64,000 nucleotides of DNA. It comes from Bacilli bacterium (GTDB lineage: Bacteria; Bacillota_I; Bacilli_A; ML615J-28; CAG-698). The stretch lies in assembly GCA_050953065.1 (NCBI GenBank), contig JBMNLZ010000001.1:272826-336825 (forward strand), in the 5' to 3' direction. Positions 10,275 through 17,500 of this stretch are shown one piece after another. A program made the position numbers and the translations under genes. The first letter of the stretch is position 1. Each line of letters starts with the position of its first letter. The notes beneath the pieces are model-generated. The model did no database searches. It had not been told where the DNA came from and was given only the letters and a program-made list of their open reading frames with translations.

Positions 10275-11813
10275 ATGGTGATACGAAGTTTCTTTAGAAT
10301 ATTAATAGCAATTTTAGCATTGATGGCTATTGCTGTCTTAGTTTTTATGCCTATAATGACATCATCTACAGATTTAAATACTATACTTATTGATGATAAT
10401 TTGTCTTTAATGAACCTTTTTAATTCACTAAAAGAGGTTTTTGCTAATGATAGCCAAAACTTTTTAAGTACTGTTTGGAACTATAGTTTAGTAATTATGT
10501 ATATCTTAATACCTCCTTTTATACTTTTTACAATCTTCATAAGCGCTTTAAAAGGAGTTAGAAGAAAAAGAAAAAGAGCAAAAGTTATTGGAAAATCTTT
10601 CGTCTTACTTTATTGGATAATGATTGTCTACATCCTAAGAATGACAATTGATCCAAGAACTTTTAATGTAAACTTTGGGCCACTAATTTATTTCATGACA
10701 ATCTTTTTGAAAAGTGACATTGACCAAACTGTAATAATCTTACTTCTTGGTTCAATGGGCTTATTTATATTCTTTGAACTTTTTGCAAGAGCTTTAAATA
10801 GCAGAATAGCATACGCTGCTAGTATGAAAAGTATTGAAAAGAAAAAAGCTGAAAAAACAGTTAACTTAACACCAAATAGTGATTTAGCATTTTCTGGCAA
10901 TCTTAACCCCTCTTTCAACCAGCAAAATATTGATACTTTAATCAACCCTAGTAATACTATTATATATAATAATCATCTAAAAGATGAAGACTCTCAAAGT
11001 ATAGATGAGCCTTTAGCAAAACAAAATACTGTACCTCTACAAAATAGAGTTATATATCAACAAGAATCACCTAAATGGTCTGAATTACCATCATTTAACC
11101 AACAAAAAGATACTCAATCTGATACATATCCTAGTGATTCTACAAAAGATGAAAAATATAGTGGATATTCTAATCAAAAAGAAAGCGGGCAACAACCATC
11201 TTCTTATGAACAATCTGGTCAAGCTGCAAGTTATAAAGAACCTTATGCAAAACAACCTAGTTATGATCAACAATCTCAAACTAATTATAATCAACCAAGA
11301 GATATAAACAGTAATTACGGAGCTTATAATTCGCCATCAGGTAATTATAATCAACCATATAATAGGCCTAATCAGCAATATTACGGACAACAATCTAATA
11401 ACCCTTATTATAATCAACCATATAATAGGCCTAATCAGCAATATTACGGACAACAATCTAATAACCCTTATTATAATCAACCATATAATAGGCCTAATCA
11501 ACAATATTACGGGCAAAATCCATACTATTATCAAAATCAAAATTATCCAAAAACTCCATATGAACAAGCACAAGCTCAAGCTGCTAGCAACTATAACAAT
11601 CCAGCACCATCTGAGCCAGGAATGGATGTAAAGCCAAATCCTACAGTACAAACAAATACAGTAAACTGCCCTGATTGTGGCACTATTGTTATAAAGGGTC
11701 AAAAATTCTGTAGCAACTGCGGAAAATCAATGAAACAAACTTGTCCACAATGTTCAACTGAAGTTACATCTAATAGCAAGTTTTGTAGCAATTGTGGTTT
11801 TAGGTTAAATTAA
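10275..11813 (+). CDS. Membrane protein with N-terminal TM helices, Q/N/Y/P-rich low-complexity tandem-repeat region and two C-terminal zinc-ribbon motifs
   Basis: ATG at 10275 after an AAGGGGTG RBS (the ORF track starts at GTG 10266). Four hydrophobic helices in the first ~180 aa. Three 21-aa repeats NNPYYNQPYNRPNQQYYGQQS. C-terminal CPDCG..CSNCG and CPQCS..CSNCG. Confidence 0.6.
   Translation: MVIRSFFRILIAILALMAIAVLVFMPIMTSSTDLNTILIDDNLSLMNLFNSLKEVFANDSQNFLSTVWNYSLVIMYILIPPFILFTIFISALKGVRRKRKRAKVIGKSFVLLYWIMIVYILRMTIDPRTFNVNFGPLIYFMTIFLKSDIDQTVIILLLGSMGLFIFFELFARALNSRIAYAASMKSIEKKKAEKTVNLTPNSDLAFSGNLNPSFNQQNIDTLINPSNTIIYNNHLKDEDSQSIDEPLAKQNTVPLQNRVIYQQESPKWSELPSFNQQKDTQSDTYPSDSTKDEKYSGYSNQKESGQQPSSYEQSGQAASYKEPYAKQPSYDQQSQTNYNQPRDINSNYGAYNSPSGNYNQPYNRPNQQYYGQQSNNPYYNQPYNRPNQQYYGQQSNNPYYNQPYNRPNQQYYGQNPYYYQNQNYPKTPYEQAQAQAASNYNNPAPSEPGMDVKPNPTVQTNTVNCPDCGTIVIKGQKFCSNCGKSMKQTCPQCSTEVTSNSKFCSNCGFRLN
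11347..11512 (+). repeat. 63-bp direct tandem repeat (~2.6 copies) encoding the Q/N-rich 21-aa repeat
   Basis: tataatcaaccatataataggcctaatcagcaatattacggacaacaatctaataaccctta repeated at 11347, 11410 and 11473, near-identical. Confidence 0.85.
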
Positions 11814-11821
11814 TATTTTAA

Positions 11822-11870
11822 ACAAAAATAAAAAACATTTCAAATGAAATGTTTTTTTATTTATTTTTTT
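11822..11870. terminator. Bidirectional terminator between convergent genes
   Basis: aaaaacatttc-aaatg-gaaatgttttt hairpin flanked by A/T runs. Confidence 0.65.
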
Positions 11871-12310
11871 AACCTTTTTAAGAAGAACAATAAAACCCTT
11901 CTACAAAAGAAAAGTCTTCTCCATAATTTCTCTTTAAATTTATATTTTTTATTAGAATCTACAATAATAGTTTCGTCCTTTTTAATAATTTCTGTAACAT
12001 AGCCTAAAATTTCTTCTTCAAAAACTTTTTCTTTTACTAATAAAGCATCACCACTAACCACATAATGATGCTTTTTCTTTTTCATTATCCTATGAATTAT
12101 AAAATTATTCTTTTTATATAAAATAATATCTCCAGCTTTGAGAAAGTTATTTTTCTTTTCAATAACAATTTGATCTTTTCCATCTAACAAAAACGGAAAC
12201 ATGCTACTTCCTGATACAGTTATTATAATCTTATTATTGTTATTTAATGCTTCAATCATAATTTCTGAAATATCAGTAATTTTAACTTTCTTTATATTAT
12301 TATCTTTCAT
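11861..12310 (-). CDS. S26-family (SipW/archaeal-type-like) signal-peptidase homolog lacking obvious membrane anchor
   Basis: SGSSMFP catalytic-Ser box and a downstream IIHRIMK block like the VHRV His box of ER/archaeal-type SPases. 149 aa, no N-terminal hydrophobic segment. Last gene of the rSAM operon. Confidence 0.55.
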   Translation of the reverse strand: MKDNNIKKVKITDISEIMIEALNNNNKIIITVSGSSMFPFLLDGKDQIVIEKKNNFLKAGDIILYKKNNFIIHRIMKKKKHHYVVSGDALLVKEKVFEEEILGYVTEIIKKDETIIVDSNKKYKFKEKLWRRLFFCRRVLLFFLKRLKK

Positions 12311-12312
12311 AA

Positions 12313-12576
12313 TTATTCTAGAAAATTATTTTCCTTTAAAATTTTTATAAATTCTTTAACATCATTTGCTGCTTCTTCTTTAGAAATTTCATACTCATCA
12401 CATAATATTTTTACTAAATCTTCCTCGCTTTTTTCTTCGTTTAATGATTCCCAAAGAATTTTTGCAGACTCATTTAAAGAAATCATGCCATTAAAGTTAA
12501 CAGCAGCATCTTTAATTGGTATTACAACATACTCACCTACAACTTCTCTTAAAACAAAATCTTTTTTTATTTTCAT
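12313..12576 (-). CDS. PqqD-family peptide chaperone (RiPP recognition element)
   Basis: 87 aa; VLREVVGEYVVIP...NESAKILWESL...EEDLVKIL..YEIS.EEA..DV.EFIKIL profile typical of PqqD/RRE. Confidence 0.7.
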   Translation of the reverse strand: MKIKKDFVLREVVGEYVVIPIKDAAVNFNGMISLNESAKILWESLNEEKSEEDLVKILCDEYEISKEEAANDVKEFIKILKENNFLE

Positions 12577-13427
12577 ATTTTTTCTCCAAATATTTTATTG
12601 TATACTAATTTAACAGCCTCTCTTGAAATATTGCATTCCAAACGATAAAATTTGACTATTTTAGCAAGTCTATTAATCTTATCAATAATCATGTCATTTT
12701 TATTTATATCATCACTTTTTATAAAATTATTAAATATATTTTTCAACATTTCTTTTGAACTTAAATCAAAAATCATATTATGCTTAGCTTGTTCTAAGAA
12801 AACAATTGCTTTTAATGGAACTTTTAAATCAGCATTTAAATTGGTTTTACCACTCCAAGGCGAGCCAATTACATATGCCCTTTCTCCAACAACTTCTATT
12901 ATAGGTTTATCATCATTAATGATAGTAACTCTATCATCAAATTCCATTTTCCAAAGATTAGAATGTGTTGATTTTCCAGTACCCGAAGGTGCAGAAAAGA
13001 TTATTCCAAAATTATCAAAAGCAATAGCAGAGCCATGAACAACTATTAAGTTATTATCTAATAAAAATTCATTAACTAACATTGAAATCAAATTATATTC
13101 TTTTATTTCTAAATCAGCAAGATCTTTTTTGAAATAAGCTCTCACATCTTTATCATTATAAAAATACTCAATCTTTAAAATAGTTTGATTATTTTTATCT
13201 TTAAACACTAATATTTTATCACAAATATCTGTTTTACATAAAATTCTATCATTAAACTCTTTATAAACTTCAAAATCTTTCAACTGTATCTCATCCACAT
13301 ATAAAGTAGAAATTTTATAATGAGCTTTTAAATCATCCAAAACTTGATATTTAGTAAGTCTTTCATTTAATATTTTTGACTCTACATTTAAATCAAAAAT
13401 AATATTCGCTATTTTAATTTTTACCAT
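12573..13427 (-). CDS. HPr-kinase C-terminal-domain-like P-loop protein (HprK-related kinase)
   Basis: VVHGSAIAFDNFGIIFSAPSGTGKST resembles the HprK LVHG...GDSGVGKSE P-loop region. 284 aa. 4-bp overlap with pqqD-like gene, 14-bp overlap with rSAM gene. Confidence 0.55.
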   Translation of the reverse strand: MVKIKIANIIFDLNVESKILNERLTKYQVLDDLKAHYKISTLYVDEIQLKDFEVYKEFNDRILCKTDICDKILVFKDKNNQTILKIEYFYNDKDVRAYFKKDLADLEIKEYNLISMLVNEFLLDNNLIVVHGSAIAFDNFGIIFSAPSGTGKSTHSNLWKMEFDDRVTIINDDKPIIEVVGERAYVIGSPWSGKTNLNADLKVPLKAIVFLEQAKHNMIFDLSSKEMLKNIFNNFIKSDDINKNDMIIDKINRLAKIVKFYRLECNISREAVKLVYNKIFGEKI

Positions 13428-14448
13428 TTTTATTAATAAACCTCATTCGTGCACATTCACGCAAGTAATCACTACATTTTTCTATATTACCTTCAGAATA
13501 TAATTTAGCTGGACAAACATAACAAAAATCATTAAGTTCACATTCTTTACAATCATTACATTTTTTTGATTGTGAAACTGTTTCTTTTAGTTGTAACCAA
13601 GCAAATTCAAAATTATTCTTTAAAATATCAATTCTTGGAAAATCGAATAAACTACAAATAGACATTTTCCCTTCCCAGTTCACAAAAAAAGCACTTTTAC
13701 CAGCAGAACAATTAAAACCATTAACTGTATCAACAAAAGCTTTTTCATAAAAAATATTTGCTTTTTCTTCAAACTTTTTTTGATATTTAAACAATTGTTC
13801 AGCAGATAATCGCTCTACTTCTTTTAAATTAGTACATGTTCTTCTAGGAGCTACATATAAAGAATTTTCTATTGGCAAATTCAAACTTAACATTAAGTTT
13901 AATAAATCATCTAAATTTTCGAAAGTTTCATAAATAGGAATAGTTCTTAAAACAATATTAAGATTAGCCAGTTTAAGTTTTTCTATATTCGCTATTACTC
14001 TGGAAAAGCCTTCTTTATAACCACATATTTTTTCATACATCTTTTCATTATAACCATATATAGTTATTGCAATGTATTCTGGAGGTCTTTTTTTTAATCT
14101 TTCTATTATGTTATTTGTTAGTAAAGTACCATTAGTATATAAAACAATCTTAATCCCTAAGTCATACACCTTTTCATATAAATCCATAAAATCTTTTCTT
14201 AAAAAAATTTCACCACCAGTAAAAACAACAAAAAGCATACCTAAAGATTTAGCCTGATTTATAATATTATACCAGTCATCATTACTTAACTCTTTAGTTT
14301 TATTAAGTGTATGAACATAACACATTTTGCAATTCATATTGCAATTAGCGGTTATTTCAAATTCACCAGCAATAGGAATTTTTTTTACAGCAGCTTTATT
14401 AAGAAGATTAATTTTATACTCGTTATAATAATTCACTTTATACCTCAT
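13414..14448 (-). CDS. Radical SAM enzyme with C-terminal SPASM domain (peptide/protein-modifying maturase family)
   Basis: CNMNCKMCY CxxxCxxC motif near the N-terminus. C-terminal Cys-rich block CNDCKECELNDFCYVCP (SPASM). 344 aa. No fused N-terminal RRE. Confidence 0.8.
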   Translation of the reverse strand: MRYKVNYYNEYKINLLNKAAVKKIPIAGEFEITANCNMNCKMCYVHTLNKTKELSNDDWYNIINQAKSLGMLFVVFTGGEIFLRKDFMDLYEKVYDLGIKIVLYTNGTLLTNNIIERLKKRPPEYIAITIYGYNEKMYEKICGYKEGFSRVIANIEKLKLANLNIVLRTIPIYETFENLDDLLNLMLSLNLPIENSLYVAPRRTCTNLKEVERLSAEQLFKYQKKFEEKANIFYEKAFVDTVNGFNCSAGKSAFFVNWEGKMSICSLFDFPRIDILKNNFEFAWLQLKETVSQSKKCNDCKECELNDFCYVCPAKLYSEGNIEKCSDYLRECARMRFINKNGKN

Positions 14449-14561
14449 CCATATAGATATATATTACCACAATATTATTAGTTTGTCAGTTATTTTTAAA
14501 ATATATTGATTTATAAGGTCTTTTTAGTTAAAATATATATGTTATAAGAATAGGAGATTTT

Positions 14562-15725
14562 ATGAAAGTACTAGGCCTAATAATGGAAATTAATCCTCTT
14601 CATAATGGTCATATATATTTTATAAACCAAGCTAAAGCATTAACTAATCCTGATTTTACAATAGTTGTTATGAGTTCTAATTTTACTATGCGTGGTGAAA
14701 CCATGATTATGAATAAATTTGCACGTACTGAACTCCTATTAGCAAATGGAGCTGATTTAGTTTTTGAGTTACCTTTTTTAAGTGCTGTGAATAGTGCTGA
14801 TCTTTTCGGACTAAATGCTATTAGTATTCTTAAAAATCTTCAAACAACACATATTGCGTTTGGAGCAGAACTTAGTGACTTAAGTAAATTAAAAACTATT
14901 TCAAATCTTTTAAAATCTAAAAAATTTAATTCTGAAATTCAAAACTTTTTAAAACTAGGAAACTCCTATGCAAGCAGCGCGCTTAAAACATTAACTTTAT
15001 TAACTAAAGATAAAGAAATAATTACAAATTTTGCATTACCAAATAACACTCTAGCAATTCAATATATAAGCGCTGCTGATAAGTTAAACTATCCATTAGA
15101 TTTTTTTCCTATTAAAAGAATCGGTAATAATTACTACGATAAAAATATTACTAGTAAAATAGCTAGCGCTACTGCTATTAGAGAACTCATCAAAAATAAA
15201 GAACCAATTAATAAATTTGTTCCTAATGATGTTGCAAACTATCCATTTAAAGATTTTGATTTAATAGAAGATAAATTGTTTCACCTTTTAAAATTTACAT
15301 TCGTAAATAAAACATGTGAAGAAATTGCAAATATTTATGGAGTTGAAGAGGGACTTGAAAATAGAATACTATCTGCATTAAAGGAAAGTTCTAATTATTC
15401 TTCTTTTATGGAAAAAGTAATAAGTAAAAGATACAGTTATTTTAGGATTCAAAGAACTATTCTACATATTTTACTTAATACTCCAAAACAATTACAAAAT
15501 AAATCTAACTATTATTTAAGAATGCTAGGTTCTAATGATGCTGGCTTAAAATATATTAGTTCATTACCTAAAGAGGTTAAAAAAAATATAATTACAAGTT
15601 TTAAAAATATACAAAACAATGTAGTAGTTGACTTTGAAATAAAAGCAACTAAACTTTATGACTTATTAACAAACAGTGAAAATATCATTGAAGAATACAA
15701 GATTCCAATTAAGAAAGGAGAATAA
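14562..15725 (+). CDS. tmcAL: tRNA(Met) cytidine acetate ligase (YlbM/TmcAL family nucleotidyltransferase)
   Basis: MKVLGLIMEINPLHNGHIYFINQAK closely parallels B. subtilis YlbM [20 protein letters not shown]; HxGH motif; 387 aa. Confidence 0.75.
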   Translation: MKVLGLIMEINPLHNGHIYFINQAKALTNPDFTIVVMSSNFTMRGETMIMNKFARTELLLANGADLVFELPFLSAVNSADLFGLNAISILKNLQTTHIAFGAELSDLSKLKTISNLLKSKKFNSEIQNFLKLGNSYASSALKTLTLLTKDKEIITNFALPNNTLAIQYISAADKLNYPLDFFPIKRIGNNYYDKNITSKIASATAIRELIKNKEPINKFVPNDVANYPFKDFDLIEDKLFHLLKFTFVNKTCEEIANIYGVEEGLENRILSALKESSNYSSFMEKVISKRYSYFRIQRTILHILLNTPKQLQNKSNYYLRMLGSNDAGLKYISSLPKEVKKNIITSFKNIQNNVVVDFEIKATKLYDLLTNSENIIEEYKIPIKKGE

Positions 15726-15726
15726 A

Positions 15727-16728
15727 ATGTCAATTGATTTAATTAAACAAAAAATAGGAGTATTATTAGATGATTCACTTGGTAAGAATTTACTTGAAAC
15801 AGGTGGAATTAAACATGTAGGTATTGATGAAGAAAAAAGTGTTGTAGTCTTAGTTGTAGCAATTGGAAAAAAAGACCCAGAACTAGAAAAAAAACTACGT
15901 AGAGAAATTGCAAAAATAATAAAAATAGATTTAAAATATACAGGTTTAAAACTAGAAATTGAAGAATTTAGAAAAATAGATAGTATTACTAAAAGTAAAA
16001 CTAAATTTATTATCATAGCATCAGGTAAAGGTGGTGTTGGAAAATCTACCGTTACTGCCAACATTGCATATGCTTTGGCAAAAAAAGGTAAAAAAGTGGG
16101 CATTATTGATGCAGATATTTATGGTTCTAGTATTCCTACATTATTAGATTATAATGTAAAAGAAGCTAAAATTGAAGTAAATAACAATAGGAAAATTATT
16201 CCATTTATGAAAAACAATATTGAGTTTATTTCAACTGAGTTTTTTGCTGAAGTTGGTGCTCCTATTTTATGGCGTGGTGCGATGGTTAGTTCTATGATAA
16301 ATAGTTTATTTTATGATGTTGCTTGGAATAAGGATTTAGATTATATGATTATTGATATGCCACCAGGCACAGGTGATGCTACTTTAGACTTAAAAAATAT
16401 TATCCCACAAAGCAATGTCATAATAGTTACTACACCTCATATCTCTGCTTCTCATGTAGCTATAAAAGCGGGCTATGCTGCCAAAGAACTTAAACACACA
16501 GTTGTCGGTGTAATTGAAAATATGTCATACTATTTAAATAAATCTACTGGTGAAAAAGATTATATTTTTGGAAAAGGCAAAGGTGAAGAACTTGCTAAAA
16601 AATTAAATGTAAGTTTATTGGCTGAAATTCCAATTAATCTACCTGCCAAAAATACTGGATTATATGAAGATAATGAATTTATTGGTCAAATTTTTAATGA
16701 CATCGCTAATAAAATTATATCTAAATAG
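15727..16728 (+). CDS. mrp: Mrp/ApbC-family iron-sulfur cluster carrier ATPase
   Basis: GKGGVGKST P-loop and the Mrp signature region. I chose the ATG at 15727 after an AAGGAG RBS; the longer ORF from 15676 overlaps tmcAL. Confidence 0.85.
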   Translation: MSIDLIKQKIGVLLDDSLGKNLLETGGIKHVGIDEEKSVVVLVVAIGKKDPELEKKLRREIAKIIKIDLKYTGLKLEIEEFRKIDSITKSKTKFIIIASGKGGVGKSTVTANIAYALAKKGKKVGIIDADIYGSSIPTLLDYNVKEAKIEVNNNRKIIPFMKNNIEFISTEFFAEVGAPILWRGAMVSSMINSLFYDVAWNKDLDYMIIDMPPGTGDATLDLKNIIPQSNVIIVTTPHISASHVAIKAGYAAKELKHTVVGVIENMSYYLNKSTGEKDYIFGKGKGEELAKKLNVSLLAEIPINLPAKNTGLYEDNEFIGQIFNDIANKIISK

Positions 16729-16735
16729 TAAAAAA

Positions 16736-16772
16736 AGATAAAACCTCATAACGAGGTTTTATCTTTTTTTTT
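16736..16772. terminator. Bidirectional terminator
   Basis: aaagataaaacctc-ataac-gaggttttatcttt followed by T9. Confidence 0.7.
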
Positions 16773-16773
16773 A

Positions 16774-17067
16774 TTACTCTTCTAAATCAGAATCTTCTTC
16801 ATTTTCAAAAGATTCTAAAACTTCTTCAATCATTGCCCACTCTTCATCGGTAGTTACTTCATTTAATTCACCAATTTCACCTTCTAACGGTACAAAAGAA
16901 GCTGCATAGACTTCTATTTCCTCTTCTTCTAAACTTCCAGTCGGATAAAAAAGTACATAACTTTTTTTAAACTCCTCGCTTTCAAAAGTAAACAGTATGT
17001 CACACAAAATCTCATTTCCTTTATCATCAACATAAGTTAATTGATTTTCTTTTAATTTATTTTCCAT
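16774..17067 (-). CDS. DUF1292-family acidic small protein (YrzB-like)
   Basis: 97 aa, acidic C-terminus. Sits downstream of ruvX/alaS as in Bacillus yrrK-yrzB. Confidence 0.65.
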   Translation of the reverse strand: MENKLKENQLTYVDDKGNEILCDILFTFESEEFKKSYVLFYPTGSLEEEEIEVYAASFVPLEGEIGELNEVTTDEEWAMIEEVLESFENEEDSDLEE

Positions 17068-17068
17068 T

Positions 17069-17500
17069 TTATATTCCTTTCTTAAATTTATTTGAATCTA
17101 AATATCCTTGTAAAATAATAGTCGCAGCTAATTTATCAACATTTTTTTTTCTTTTTTGTCTACTCATATCAGCACTTAACATTGTCCTATTAGCAATTAC
17201 AGATGTTAATCTTTCATCAATTAAATGAACTTTTAAGTTTGTTTCTGCTTCTAGTACTCCTTTAAACTCTAAGATATAATCACATTGAAAACCTGTTGAG
17301 CCATCCATGTTTTTTGGAAAACCCAAAACTATTTCTTTAATTTGATGTTCCTTAATTAGTTCTTTAACAAATCCTAAGGCTTGCTTTAAATCTTTTTCAT
17401 CGATTCTATAAGTTCCAATTGGATTAGCAATAACTCCTAACATATCACTAATTGCAACTCCTAAAGTTTTTGTTCCTAGATCCAATCCTAAAATTTTCAT
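17069..17500 (-). CDS. ruvX: Holliday-junction-resolvase-like putative pre-16S rRNA nuclease RuvX/YqgF
   Basis: MKILGLDLGTKTLGVAISD N-terminus; 143 aa; 4-bp overlap with alaS. Confidence 0.85.
   Translation of the reverse strand: MKILGLDLGTKTLGVAISDMLGVIANPIGTYRIDEKDLKQALGFVKELIKEHQIKEIVLGFPKNMDGSTGFQCDYILEFKGVLEAETNLKVHLIDERLTSVIANRTMLSADMSRQKRKKNVDKLAATIILQGYLDSNKFKKGI

Noticed and set aside
11337-11702. 121-aa minus-strand ORF rich in I/L/W
   Set aside because: It is antisense to the Q/N-rich tandem-repeat region of the 10275..11813 gene. The repeat produces a long open frame on the opposite strand. It has no RBS or start context.
11640-11813. C-terminal eight-Cys zinc-ribbon tail of the Q/N-rich membrane protein as the substrate of the neighbouring rSAM-SPASM enzyme
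   Set aside because: CPxCG...CSNCG pairs match the common double zinc-ribbon domain. The gene is convergent to the cassette and not co-transcribed. Proximity alone is weak evidence. I kept it only as a remote possibility.
12652-14257. Plus-strand ORFs 12652..13038 and 14072..14257 considered as possible precursor-peptide genes for the rSAM cassette
   Set aside because: Both are antisense within the HprK-like and rSAM genes. They are hydrophobic and low-complexity, lack an RBS, and are not Cys-, Gly- or Ser-rich like known rSAM substrates. I treat them as AT-rich chance ORFs.
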